DNA of 63,712 nt, the filler included, from Octopus bimaculoides (Eukaryota), in NCBI RefSeq assembly GCF_001194135.2. It is 6 parts of 6 records of this genome, joined end to end, with 100 filler letters (N's around TTAATTAATTAA, not from the genome) between each part and the next. Parts side by side here need not be neighbours in the genome. Positions count along the whole stretch, not along the records: positions 46,277 to 55,594 come from NC_068992.1; positions 55,695 to 58,468 come from NC_069007.1; positions 58,569 to 63,712 come from NC_068984.1; 3 more parts are not named here. One strand, 5' to 3'. Positions within the stretch are counted from its first letter, which is position 1; each line of letters opens with the position of its first letter. The notes below the pieces were generated by a model, which searched no databases, had not been told where the DNA came from, and saw only the letters and a program-made list of their open reading frames with translations. Both the position numbers and the translations under genes were made by a program. Shown here piece by piece: positions 49,768 through 63,712 of this stretch.

Positions 49768-49868
49768 TTTATTCTATTGGTTCCCTTCTGCTGAACTGCT
49801 AAGTTATGGGGACATAAACAAACCAACACCGGTTGTCAAGTAGCAGTGGAGGACAAACAAAGGCATCT

Positions 49869-49926
<58 letters not shown>

Positions 49927-49995
49927 GCAATCAGACATGCACACACACACATTTAGCATCTTCTTTCAGTTTCTGTTTACCAAATCCACTCAGGA
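49768..49995 (-). mobile_element. SINE family B, partial
   Basis: ttattctattgg...ctgaactgctaagttatggggacataaac...tttcagtttctgtttaccaaatccactca. Confidence 0.82.
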
Positions 49996-50320
49996 AATTT
50001 TGAGAGGGAAGGGGGCATTGGAGGAGGTGATTATGTGTCAGATGATGAAAGGTTAAAGTGTGACAGAGAGACTGAGTGGCAGAGACAAGTCTTTGTTGTA
50101 GAGGATGTACATGGTTACCCAGCCAGAGAGAAAGAAAGAGAAAAATTTTGAGAGAGAGAGGGAGGAAGAGAGAGAGGGGAAAGAAAGAGAGAGAGAGGGG
50201 GGAAGAGGGAGAGGGAGAAAGAGAGAGAGAGGGGGGAGAAATAACAAGAAAGAGGCCAGAAACAGGTATGCTTCTGCAGAGGAGATATTTGGTTACCTAG
50301 TCAGAGAGAAGAGCAAGAGG

Positions 50321-50352
<32 letters not shown>

Positions 50353-51070
50353 ATGTGGGCAGAAACAGGTGTGCTGCTCTAGAGGAGATACATGGTTACT
50401 ACCTCCAAACCAAGGGCTGAAGGTTTACTGGCACACTATATATTCAGGTAAATATTATGCTGAGTGGTTATTCAACATAAAGCAACCGTCTTTGCTGGAA
50501 GCAACTGGCATAAATCACAAAGTATGGTTCAGTAAGCCTAAACATACTCACATACACACTCACACACTCTCACATTCCATTCCTCCCACATATTACGTAC
50601 ACACACATGTCTATATGTATACACACACAAGTACATGTAACTAAATCTCCATTTGACTGTCTCAAGCACACAGTATTCAGAGCACTTTTGTGTTTGGAAA
50701 CTAAAGCATAATCAGGGTTTATATATATATACACACATACAATGCACGTGTGTGTGTGTGTATGTAAATATATATATATCTATATATCTATATATCTATA
50801 TATATNNNNNNNNNNNNNNNNNNNNNNNNNNNNNNNNNNNNNNNNNNNNNNNNNNNNNNNNNNNNNNNNNNNNNNNNNNNNNNNNNNNNNNNNNNNNNNN
50901 NNNNNNNNNNNNNNNNNNNNNNNNNNNNNNNNNNNNNNNNNNNNNNNNNNNNNNNNNNNNNNNNNNNNNNNNNNNNNNNNNNNNNNNNNNNNNNNNNNNN
51001 NNNNNNNNNNNNNNNNNNNNNNNNNNNNNNNNNNNNNNNNNNNNNNNNNNNNNNNNNNNNNNNNNNNNNN

Positions 51071-51120
<50 letters not shown>

Positions 51121-52045
51121 GTGTGAGTATCTGTGTATATATATGTGTGTGCGTATATACACACGTGTGTGTGTGTATATATATACATATATATACAAAT
51201 ATATATGTATGTATATATATGCATATATATATGTACATGCACACACATATATGTATATATATGTGTGCATATATATAAATACATACATACACACATGTAT
51301 ATAAATATATGTGTGTATGTACACTTGTGTTGCTCTGTGTATTTATTTATCGCTCTATCTATATATGCAAATACCCACACAACCACAAGCACACTTATAC
51401 TCAAAGCCACAAGCACACATACATAGAATTTGATTTGATTTGGGTGACTTTTAAATAAGGTTTCTTAATTAAATTTATATTTTTGTACTTTATTTTTCTG
51501 TATTAGTTTTTTTCTGGAACTTTCACTCTTGTGAAATTAAGTTTGGGACTTTTTGTTTTGTGCGTATGTTTTTCTTTCTAATTTCATGGTCAGTTGACCA
51601 TTCCTGATTGGAACTCTCAGACAAAGCCTGAATAAATAATTGATTGAGAAATTCTCAATGTGGCATTTCTAAAGGAGGTACCACTGTTGGTTTAAATAGT
51701 TTGCTCTACGAGATTTTGTTGTTTTTTGCCTGTTTAATTGGTTGGTTGGTTGTTTATATACTCTTTTATTTCAAATAGTTAATGTTTAGTTTTCTAGAAA
51801 ATTGGTTAGGCCTTCTGAGATCAGAATTCAGAGTCACATGCACCCACTCATAAATAAACACATGAACACATATACATATAAACACATATTAGACACATAT
51901 GCAAACATGTGTACACATACACACATACATATAAACACACAAGCAAAGGTATTTGCCTGAATATATGTAGGCATTAACAAGCATAGATAGATAAAACAGA
52001 TCGTAAATTATGTACTCATTGTTACATCCTACCCACATATATATG

Positions 52046-52122
<77 letters not shown>

Positions 52123-52795
52123 NNNNNNNNNNNNNNNNNNNNNNNNNNNNNNNNNNNNNNNNNNNNNNNNNNNNNNNNNNNNNNNNNNNNNNNNNNNNNN
52201 NNNNNNNNNNNNNNNNNNNNNNNNNNNNNNNNNNNNNNNNNNNNNNNNNNNNNNNNNNNNNNNNNNNNNNNNNNNNNNNNNNNNNNNNNNNNNNNNNNNN
52301 NNNNNNNNNNNNNNNNNNNNNNNNNNNNNNNNNNNNNNNNNNNNNNNNNNNNNNNNNNNNNNNNNNNNNNNNNNNNNNNNNNNNNNNNNNNNNNNNNNNN
52401 NNNNNNNNNNNNNNNNNNNNNNNNNNNNNNNNNNNNNNNNNNNNNNNNNNNNNNNNNNNNNNNNNNNNNNNNNNNNNNNNNNNNNNNNNNNNNNNNNNNN
52501 NNNNNNNNNNNNNNNNNNNNNNNNNNNNNNNNNNNNNNNNNNNNNNNNNNNNNNNNNNNNNNNNNNNNNNNNNNNNNNNNNNNNNNNNNNNNNNNNNNNN
52601 NNNNNNNNNNNNNNNNNNNNNNNNNNNNNNNNNNNNNNNNNNNNNNNNNNNNNNNNNNNNNNNNNNNNNNNNNNNNNNNNNNNNNNNNNNNNNNNNNNNN
52701 NNNNNNNNNNNNNNNNNNNNNNNNNNNNNNNNNNNNNNNNNNNNNNNNNNNNNNNNNNNNNNNNNNNNNNNNNNNNNNNNNNNNNNNNNNNNNNN

Positions 52796-52828
<33 letters not shown>

Positions 52829-52885
52829 ATGTATATATATATATACACATACACATATATATATATACAAACATACATGTATATA

Positions 52886-52916
<31 letters not shown>

Positions 52917-54856
52917 ATACTTTATGTATATAAACATAGAATATAATATACACATAGTCCCCTGCACTCACATATACAGGAGTGCAGGAATGTTTGTTCG
53001 TTTATTATCTTATTGTGTCTGTTGCAATGAATTCTACCATGTGAATAGAATGGAGAGAAAATTTCTGCTCCTGGACGTGGCAGCAGACTCTCACAGAAAA
53101 ATGGTAAGACCGTGTAGTTTGGTTTTCGTACAACACTAACTAGGAAACAATAAATTATTCTGCTATTTCACCGTGCTCCCACTGTTCTCATTATTGCATG
53201 ACTAATAATTTTGTTGTAATATTGATTCCTGGACCGATGCAATGAGCTGCACATTCATGCATTTCGTTGCCATAAGCATGGCTGGAGAGAGACACAGAAA
53301 CACTCTCTCCCTATCTCACACCCACTTTTTCTGCTAATATATGTGTGTGTGTGTGTAGGTACACACACACACATGTATATATATATATTACATCTACATA
53401 TATTTACATCTGTCTAGATCTATCCTTCTTTCTATCTATATATATAAAAAAACATATATACATATACACACACATACATATGTATATGACTATGTGTAAA
53501 AGTGTATATATGTGTGTGTGTGTGAGTGTATATATGTATATAAATAGAGAGAGTGAGAGACATATAATCTGCATACATACACACATACACACATGCACAC
53601 ACACATACACCCACATGTACATTCATACATAAAAATAAAATAATATAAGCTCATACAACTACATATATACAGAAATGCACACCCTCTAACACATGCACAC
53701 ACATATACACACACACACACTCTCACACATACAAATATATATATATATCAGCATTAAAGTGTCTCGATAGGCAGTCATTAATAATTTAATTAAATTATTT
53801 AACACTAATTAATGTATTTCTTTTATTTGTATTACCATCAGACTGGAAAAACATAGGTTTAGCAGTAGCGTGGAACTTTGTGGTAAATATTCACTAAATT
53901 GGTAAACACTTCACTGCAGGAATGAAATGGTAGCAGTCAGTGTGTAGGAGAAGATGGAATTAGCTCTGAGAGACAATGGAGAGCTGGTCAGCTGGAAACA
54001 AAACAGTTCTTTAAATTTCTATTGTTATACTTCGTTGCTTGTGTAATGGTAGTCCTAGCGGTGGCATTATTGTTGATGTTGGTGGTGGTGGTGGTGGTGG
54101 TGGTGGTGGTCGATGGTGGTGGTGGAGCTGCTGCTGCTGCTGCTGGGTGTAATGATGATGATTATGGTGGTTGTATTAAGGACAGTGGTGGTGATGAAGA
54201 TGATGATGGAAATGTTAGTGATGATGGTCATGGCGGTGGTAGTGAAAATGGTTGCTGCTATGATGGTGGTGGAGGTGGCAGTGGTAACGATGGTGATGAT
54301 GATGATGATAATGATGATGATGATGATGATATTGTGGTAGTGATGGTAGTGGGGGTGATGATGTCAGTGATAGTGATGATGTTGGTGGTGGTGCAATGAT
54401 GCTGATGATGGTGGGAGAGATGTGATGATGGTGGTGGTTGTGATGGTGGTGGTGGTGGTAATATGATGGTTGTGATGGTGTTGATAGAGGTGGTAGTATT
54501 AGAGATGGTGAGATGGTGATAGTGGTGGTGGTGATGGCTGCGGTGGTGGTGATTTTGGTGATAGAATCTCTGGTGTTCATGATTATGGGGGTGTGGGTGG
54601 TAGCAGTGATGTTGGAGTTAGTGATGATGGTTCTTGTGGTGGATGTAGTGATGGTGTTGATGATAGTCTTGGTAATGGTGATAGAGCTTGTGGTTTTAAT
54701 GAGGGTGGTCATGGTAGAGTTAGCAGTGAGATGGTGATGGTGACTGAGGAGAGGGTGACAGTGTTGGTGATCCGCTTGTTTGTGATAGTGGTGGAGGTGT
54801 ATATTTTCAGGTGAGGATGTAGGTAATTATATCATCTTCCAATATTTGGTGTTATT

Positions 54857-55070
54857 AAGGCAGCGAGCTGGCAGAATCATTAGCATGCCAGACAAAATGC
54901 TTACCGGAATTTTGCCTGCCTTTATGTTCTGAATTCAAATTCTGCTGAGGTAGACTTTGCGTTTCATCCTCTTGGGGTTGATAAAATAAATACCAGTTGC
55001 CTACTGGGGTCAATGTAATCGACTTGCCCACTCCTGCAATATTTTGGGCCTTGTGCCAGGATATTTAACT
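54857..55070 (+). mobile_element. SINE family A
   Basis: aaggcagcgagctggcagaatcattagc...gggccttgtgcc. Confidence 0.88.
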
Positions 55071-55278
55071 GTCGATTTTGAAAAATTGTTTCATATAGCC
55101 AATATGGCTGCCACATAGTTATTCTTGTGGTGTCCAAATAAAACAGGTGACAAATCAGTGACACACTAAAATTTCATTTGAATGAGGCTGGTATATTAAG
55201 CACATAAACACATTCTAGATTGCTGCTAAAGCAGCAACTGATGAAGATCAATATAAAATAATAAACAAGTTGTGAAAA

Positions 55279-55594
55279 CTGGAGAAGAACTGGGACGAGA
55301 TAACGAGAAGGGTGGCCACTCTAGCCCGGCAATGGGCCGAGAGGAAGCTTTCCCTGAAAGGTCGGGCGGAGGTGGCGAACACGTACATCGCGTCCGTCAT
55401 CTACTACCGCCTGACCGTGGTTCCTTGTCCCGACCCTACCATCACCAAACTGGAGCGCATCCTCTTCCGCTTCTTGTGGAAAGGAAGCGTTCCGATGGTT
55501 AGGCGATCCGTTTGCTGCCAACACCCGTTAAAAGGAGGACTGGGCATGCCGTGGTTGATGATGCGCAGACACGCGCTGAGACTGCGACATCTCC
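55279..55594 (+). mobile_element. young L1/Tx1-type LINE ORF2 fragment (post-RT region) running into a gap
   Basis: Uninterrupted LEKNWDEITRRVATLARQWAERKLSLKGRAEVANTYIASVIYYRLTVVP...FLWKG...HPLKGGLGMP; W..R.LSL.GR and GGLG motifs; GC-rich. Confidence 0.93.
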
Positions 55595-55715
55595 NNNNNN
55601 NNNNNNNNNNNNNNNNNNNNNNNNNNNNNNNNNNNNNNTTAATTAATTAANNNNNNNNNNNNNNNNNNNNNNNNNNNNNNNNNNNNNNNNNNNNTAAAAA
55701 TAAAACTACTGAATG

Positions 55716-55761
<46 letters not shown>

Positions 55762-56031
55762 TAATAATAATAATAATAATAATTATTATTATTATTATTA
55801 TGATAAGAATAAAAAGTATGAGCATAACAACAAACACAGCTGTAATTAATACAGGGAGTGAATTTCATTACTTTTAGATCTTCAAGAATTACATGGCACA
55901 TGTATGTACACACATACACGCATAGAAACACACACACGCGCACAAACATACACATATATACATACATATATATATGCATACATACATATATTCATACACA
56001 TTTATTAATATATATATATATATATATATGC

Positions 56032-56064
<33 letters not shown>

Positions 56065-56300
56065 TATATATATGTATGTATTTATGTATGTATGTATGTA
56101 TGTATGTATGTGTGCATGTATACCCACACCGAAACAGAGACAGATACAGATGAATAGATACATGTATATATAAATATATACATAAATATATTTTTGTACA
56201 TACATTTATATATATATATGTGTGTATTCATGGACGTGTGGTGCATGAGTGCGTGTATGGGTGTATGAATGCGTGTGCACGTGTATGTGTATATGTAGTC

Positions 56301-56353
<53 letters not shown>

Positions 56354-56688
56354 CGTGCGTGCGTATACATCTATATATGCATACGATTATAAGAATGCGA
56401 GAATGTGCGTATAAAAAAGACTTGGGACAATAAAGTCCATAGCATAATATGCATTAAGTGAGAAGTGATTGTCATTGACGGATTGTCTTTATTGAAATAT
56501 TTTAATATTAGATGGTGTAAATAACAATACTAACAACAGGCCCCAAAAGGAGAAACCACCGTAATGAATGCATCATTAGTCACACCACAGCTATAGCAAT
56601 CGTCACTGACATAAGTCGCTCATTACTATAAGTCACATCATTGCCGCCCCCAACAACAGCACCACAGCAATGATCGCAAGCGCTACCT

Positions 56689-56743
<55 letters not shown>

Positions 56744-57989
56744 CAGTTAGAACATGACTACAACTATCCCCACCGCTACAAATGCTCCAACGAACTTGTA
56801 CGCCACCAGTGATGAAATCATCAGTCACATAAGCAGTACTACCGCAACTGCCATAAGCATAGCTATCGGCCGTCCCCAGTATCAACGCCATCACTAGCAC
56901 GGCCGTTTTTAAAAAGGCCGCCACCAACATATTCACAATAATAACAGTAATTAACCCAGTACAAGCGTTTTATCTACAAATACAACTGATACTGTAATTA
57001 CAAGTGCGTTAACAATAGTAACAACAACAAATAGAAGTACAACCTCTGAAACAACAACAATAATCAGGGATAGAAATGGAAAAAAAAACCAACAACAAAA
57101 AGCATTATAAACGACGGTAAAAACGAAAACAACAGCCCTAACCACCACGATAGTAATAACATCAAGGAAATCAAAACATACTACAACAATGATAGAAACA
57201 ACAATGACTGTACCATTATAAACTACAAGAAAAACAACAACAAGAAGAGTAACAGCAACGGTTTTAAAAGCTTCATTAAAACTTAGAACAAAAACAACAA
57301 ACACAGAATGACTCATCATTATAAACAACGACAAAAACAACAATTATAACTACAAAATTACCAACAACAACAAGAAAAAGGACAACTTAAGAATGTACAT
57401 TAACGAAAATAACAACAACAACAACAGCACAAATAACAACCACTACATTAATGATACTGCTGTAACCACTAACAGAATCATGATTACAACGATTTCTTCC
57501 ATCCTCACCGACAACCAGTACCTTCAGTAGCAGCAGCAGCAGCAGCAGGAATTAACAGATACAACAACAACAACAACAATTATTCCCCACCGCTACCTTC
57601 ACGTCGTATAACAACCATTTAGGGATGTGTTTATATTTATAACTAAATAGCGTATTTTATAGTATGAAATAGACCGTGCAATATTCGTACATAAATACGA
57701 GAGAGTGAGAGAGAGTGAGAGAGAGAGAGAGAGAATGTGTGTGTAAGCGTGTGTGTACATAATGTTTTGTATGCGTTCGTGCGTTTATGCGAGTGTTTAT
57801 CTGTCTATGTGTTCGTACATCTGTGTGTGCTCGCGTGTCTTTCTGAATGTATAAGTAAGACTATTATGGAAAATATGACAAAAGCAAAATGGCGAACATC
57901 AGTGACTAAATAGCCACATTTATGGCGTCTAATAGAGTGCAAAATGGCACTTGCATTGTTTTCTGAAGACTATATAAATATCAATATCA

Positions 57990-58067
<78 letters not shown>

Positions 58068-58592
58068 GAGGGACTTTGCGTATAGGTGGCAGTTTTTGTG
58101 AATGTCTGCATGTATATAGGGCCGGGTATGTACGATTACGCCCGTAAGCCTGTATGATTATATGATGCAGATCTGAGTTTTGAGTGTATATATAAGTGTA
58201 TGTATGAGTGTATTTACATTGGTTAATAGTTTTAATACATTGATGCAGGATGGTAATATAAATACGGCTTGTAAATACCCACAATATACACACAGTGAAT
58301 TATGTACACTCAAACATATGTATATAGATATATAGATACTTACATACGTATTGATACACAGACACACACACTCACACACACAAGCACATATGCATATATA
58401 TATATATATATGTGTGTGTGTGTATATATGCATATGTATATCTGCCTATCTGTCTATATATATATATANNNNNNNNNNNNNNNNNNNNNNNNNNNNNNNN
58501 NNNNNNNNNNNNTTAATTAATTAANNNNNNNNNNNNNNNNNNNNNNNNNNNNNNNNNNNNNNNNNNNNTATATATATATATATATATATGTA

Positions 58593-58905
58593 CATATCAA
58601 CAGAAGAATGTTTGATTGTGTTACTCACAACTATTCTAACACTTATTCTTCGACTAAAGTAATTGATTTGCTTTTGACAATGTCTCCGAGCATATAGCAG
58701 TAAACTCACATGGGAAGCCTGTTCAATGTGGCTTTCTTCTCGATTGAAAGCTTACAGTTAGATCTCTTCCGTACATGAGGAAACGACTTTCTCCAACATC
58801 CATTCTGTTAAATATAATACACTTTATATTTCCACATTCTTCTTTATCTAAATAAACTATTCGCTCACTGTAATCTTGAACCACAAACATTCTTCTATTG
58901 ATATG
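58593..58905. mobile_element. candidate MITE with 22-bp TIRs and TA flanks
   Basis: catatcaacagaagaatgtttg (58593-58614) versus caaacattcttctattgatatg (58884-58905), 1 mismatch. Confidence 0.6.
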
Positions 58906-60049
58906 TACATATATAATTAAACATTTACTTCTCATCCATTATCTAGACATAAAGCCCATCTGCACAAATTTATCATTCCTTACACTATGCGCCCGTTACC
59001 TCCATGAAGGAATTTTGCTAACGTGGACATGGTGAACTAATGTCTTTCTAAGGACATAAGATCTCTTCATATTTTGAGATTATGGGCCTAGAAAACACAT
59101 CTACCCTCAACAGTTGCTTATACTCTATCAAGTACATTTCAGGCCCAAAATAGTTTAACTGTCATTGTAGGTATGAAACACATGCAATTCTTTCACATAT
59201 TCTACTTCGAACTCAACATAATCGTCTACTTGATACTCAGTTTCTCAATTATTTACACATTACAAAAGCTAGTCAATCGAATCACATTATCCGACTTTTG
59301 TTTTGTTTCCACACCTACGTACTCGAATGATCCAGCGTTTCTGAACTTACCAAATCTATAATCTCTCCATAGAAGCACATGCTCCTGTTACATTTTCTTC
59401 AACTGAATACCTTGCTCTAAACACGTAATAAACAGTTACTATCTAAGTTTTCCAAGAGAAATAGTCGGCAACAGTTCAGATTTCAGCACCACACTGAATA
59501 AGTTACATCAGAATATGCTAATTGCATAATTCTAACAAACACCCACCAAACAGACCACTTGATCAGGGCTCACTTGGGCGCTTCACAAGAACAATGTAAC
59601 TAATGTCGCTAACAGAAGTCTAACATTTCCTATGAGCACCGCCACGTCTCATAAGATAAGATAAAGAGAATAAATAAAACTAAATAAAACAGACAACGAA
59701 ACCTGGTTGTGAACTTATACTACTGGGGAAGCAGATTTTAAATGTATAGCATTTGGATTACTTTGCTCTAATATGAAGTAGTGTGTCTGACAGCTAATAA
59801 GGCATGGGAGATTATGCACCTCAGTTTTGGCAGATTCTTCCTTGAACCACTGCTTAACCCCTACCAAGAAGCTAAATGCTAATCTTCTGTTTACCAGATG
59901 CAAATTGATTTTATTTTCAGGGACACTTTTTTTTTTTTTTTGATGGGTGTTGAGTTGGAGATGTGATCTTACAATTGAGACAGCTGACAAATAACCCAGA
60001 TTGTTCAACATTATCCAAAAATCAGTCGTTTTAATATATTCATCTCCCT

Positions 60050-60250
60050 AGGCGGCGAGCTGGCAGAATCGTTAACACGGCAGGCAAATGCTTAGCAGCA
60101 TTTCGTCCGTTTTTACATTCTGAATTCAAATTCCGCCGAGGTCGACTTTGCCTTTCATACTTTCGGGGTCAGTTAAGCTCTGCGGTCGATGTAATCGACT
60201 TACCCCATCTCTCGAAATTGTTGTCCGTCTGTTAAAATTTGATACCAATA
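60050..60250 (+). mobile_element. SINE family A
   Basis: aggcggcgagctggcagaatcgttaacacgg...aaaatttgatacc. Confidence 0.9.
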
Positions 60251-60809
60251 TCTTCATCTCCCAACGAGCATAATTATGAAAATCCTGTGGCTATCCTACA
60301 TATTTATAACAACATTGTCCAATGTGCCCTTCATTTTTTTAAGACTAGTGAAACGATCAACTATTTCGAGCAGTTTTAATGACCACGTAATTTCTCACTA
60401 CCATGAGATGTTCTACATCTATGATATTGTACCAATAATGAAGTGAAAAAGATCCCAATGATCACATCATCTGATAATGATGTACTTGATCAATAAATGC
60501 TGATAAGCACAAGTCCAGGAACTTTGTTAAAGAGATAAAAACGATTATGTTAACTTCAGTGCTTGATTGGCATTTATTTTTCTCGAATTTGTTAGGAAAA
60601 AAAAAAAAAAAAAGAATATCTACTCTAGTGGGACTTGAACTCCGAACTTTCAATAGTCCTGACTAGATAACTCAAGGTAGTTTCTCGCCACTATTGATTT
60701 TGAATATGCATTGATCTTTCACTTTCCACTTCGTCACTTAGTATAATGACCTAGCTCTTCACGACAATTTTTTTTTAATTGGAGAAGGAAAATACACGCA
60801 CGCGAATGT

Positions 60810-60921
60810 TGGTTTCAAAATTTAGTACAAGGCCAGTAATTTCAGGGTGGTAGGTAAGTCGATTACATCGGCCCCCGGTGCTCAACTGGTACTTACTTTA
60901 TCGACCATGAAAGGATGAAAG
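60810..60921 (-). mobile_element. SINE family A, 3' part running into a gap
   Basis: ggtttcaaaatttagtacaaggcc...aagtcgattacatcg...ggatgaaag. Confidence 0.85.
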
Positions 60922-61000
60922 NNNNNNNNNNNNNNNNNNNNNNNNNNNNNNNNNNNNNNNNNNNNNNNNNNNNNNNNNNNNNNNNNNNNNNNNNNNNNNN

Positions 61001-61052
<52 letters not shown>

Positions 61053-61475
61053 TGGTGATGGAGTATGTCAATGGCACGCTAGATGATGATGACGATGATG
61101 ATGATGACATTTTATATGTTATTGCTGATGTGACGCTGTTAGGGACGATGCCGTTTATGATGTTGCTCTTGTATTTGATGCTAGAAATGGTGATGATGCT
61201 GAAAATGATGGCGCTGCTGCTACTGCCGATGATGATGATCATGATGATCATGATGATCATGATTATCATGATGATGATGATAGTGATGATAATGCCAGTT
61301 TGGGTGTTACTCTCATTTGCTAATGTAGTTTCTGTAGATTTTATTCCCAAACTTCTCCTTCCCCAAACACTAAGACACAAAAAGTACCAAAAATCCTGGT
61401 CGCCCGAATTCCATTCCACGTTGGACAATTATTTCTATATTTATTTGCTTTGTTTTGTTTTCAGTTTTATATGTC

Positions 61476-61529
<54 letters not shown>

Positions 61530-61764
61530 TATGTGTGTATGTAATACGTGTATATATGTCTATCTCACTTCACATATGTAACATGTGCATGCATGCGTGT
61601 GTATTACGTATTTGTTTTTATTTAAAATTGTGTGTGTGTGTATATATGTATGTATGCATGTGTGCGTATATATACATAGACAATGCACGCATAAAGTAAT
61701 ACACATGTACACATACATATTGAAACACACATACACAAACACACTCACATATATACATACATAC

Positions 61765-61796
<32 letters not shown>

Positions 61797-62050
61797 NNNN
61801 NNNNNNNNNNNNNNNNNNNNNNNNNNNNNNNNNNNNNNNNNNNNNNNNNNNNNNNNNNNNNNNNNNNNNNNNNNNNNNNNNNNNNNNNNNNNNNNNNNNN
61901 NNNNNNNNNNNNNNNNNNNNNNNNNNNNNNNNNNNNNNNNNNNNNNNNNNNNNNNNNNNNNNNNNNNNNNNNNNNNNNNNNNNNNNNNNNNNNNNNNNNN
62001 NNNNNNNNNNNNNNNNNNNNNNNNNNNNNNNNNNNNNNNNNNGTCACATG

Positions 62051-62093
<43 letters not shown>

Positions 62094-62208
62094 ACACACA
62101 CACTCAAAGTACGCATACACATAAACACATTATACCTACTAACATTGATATGATACACTACACATAGATTCTATGAGACACAAGCACACCCCAAAACTCT
62201 TATGTATA

Positions 62209-62267
<59 letters not shown>

Positions 62268-62928
62268 ATATGCATATGTATATATATATCGACACACGAA
62301 CAAAACAGGCAGCTTATACGTGTTATGTACACACACACATATACATTCATATTTTAGTACAGACATAAACACATAAATTACACCGTTGCATACAAGAATC
62401 TACACAGTTGTTTAGGTGTTTTTTTTCCTTTTGTTGTGTTTGTTTGCTTGTATATTTAGACTAATAGCATTATCAGAATCCATATGTGAGTCGAGGTTTA
62501 ACTGAACACTACACAGGACTGTGTAGAACATAATATACTCACACATACTAGCAGCAAAGTTATACTTAGTGCAAAAAGAAAAGCACAAGAAGAAATAACA
62601 AGCAAGACATAAATACAGTTATTAATTATGTATGGGCATGCGTGTGGTTGGAATTTCGGAATGCTTAAAAGCTCAGCTTAAAGCAATATTCAGATTCATA
62701 TTTTCGTCTTTCTGAATTCCAGCCATAAGTCAAGGCAATGCTATACTATATAAAAGGCCCTCACGGTAATTGCCTGCCTTTGTAGAATGTAAGGATGACA
62801 TTTCATCTGCAACCCTCCACCCTCTGATCTCATGAATAAATTAAGAAGAGAGAGAGAGAGAGTGAGAAGGGAAGAGAGAGTAACAACAGATAAACGAGAG
62901 AGGAGGACAAGGCGTGTGCGTCGGTGCA

Positions 62929-62970
<42 letters not shown>

Positions 62971-63024
62971 NNNNNNNNNNNNNNNNNNNNNNNNNNNNNN
63001 NNNNNNNNNNNNNNNNNNNNNNNN

Positions 63025-63087
<63 letters not shown>

Positions 63088-63712
63088 TGACATTAAGATA
63101 CATTGAAAATAATATAATCGAAGCTTGTTTCTCCACTTCCTAAGACTGGGTGTGATGAAGATTAAGACTCCAAACACTTTAAATAAAGTATGAAAGCATC
63201 TAGACGTTCCAGTTGCAGTTATTTGTCTTCATAGCATGCTAATTCGTCACCTGAGCAATTTTGGGTTTAGAAATATTTATGAGGAAACTACTGAGTTTTA
63301 GAACTACAAGTCGATAACTGAAGGTTTTTGTAAGGCAAAAATCTAGAAATAGAACTTTCTGAAAGGTATATAAAAGATGCTATTTCTCAAGTATTCAAAA
63401 CTGCAGCCCTTGAATCTCAGTTGGTAGTTTACATATTTTAGATTCGCTCTATCGTGGATCACTGCATTCTGAGCTATACTGACTGGTTTTGTTTAAAAAT
63501 ATTGCCTTTATTTTTTTCGTTTGGTTTATTTTTGTAATAACCAATAAGATTTAATGACTTGAACGAGAGGTACATCGGACTTTGAGCGATGCTTGTGTAT
63601 CATTCGTTGTTTCTTATATCATCGATCTGAAAGACTTGTTATTCATAAACGACGACTGTAATATTCATGATAATTCTTTGCGTACCCACCTTAAAAATAT
63701 CGATCTTATCTG

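Noticed and set aside
50084-50405. CRISPR-like repeat-spacer array
   Set aside because: Eukaryotic context, degenerate repeats, low-complexity GA spacers, no cas genes
54022-57343. Long V/M/D/H/T-rich ORFs (also 33218-33727 and 61055-61699)
   Set aside because: Degenerate trinucleotide tracts lacking stops by composition; open on both strands; no domain features
1899-63177. Dozens of ORFs made of YI/HT/CV/ER/SL/MYVC repeats or containing X runs
   Set aside because: Translations of di- and tetranucleotide microsatellites and N gaps; no coding evidence

Overview
AT-rich, gap-riddled eukaryotic DNA, most likely from an octopus/cephalopod assembly. This is inferred from the SINE families, the microsatellite load and the decayed Penelope/Tx1/R4 elements; it was not database-checked. 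I recognise no intact host protein-coding gene, rRNA, true tRNA or CRISPR array. Nearly all ORFs in the supplied track come from microsatellites or N gaps. The window is a transposon graveyard containing: two Helitron Pif1-helicase remnants with 3' hairpin ends; three hAT transposase remnants; a mariner deletion derivative and a Tc1 5' fragment; two decayed Penelope-like elements (RT, and RT plus GIY-YIG) plus two Penelope-type terminal repeats; L1/Tx1-type and R4/Dong-type LINE fragments; and about 30 SINE-like copies of four to five families. The most interesting signals are three hammerhead-ribozyme motifs. One is a full type-I fold directly 3' of a Penelope GIY-YIG ORF. Two are minimal motifs that share an atypical CUGUNGA core. 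Also notable are an in-frame Thr/Pro-rich expansion inside that GIY-YIG motif, a ~360-bp-arm inverted repeat, a ~99% identical inverted SINE pair, a candidate 2.2-kb inversion that splits a repeat, a TA-flanked MITE, and a few isolated exon-like segments with good splice sites that may belong to an unrecognised long-intron host gene. Coordinates of decayed elements are approximate.
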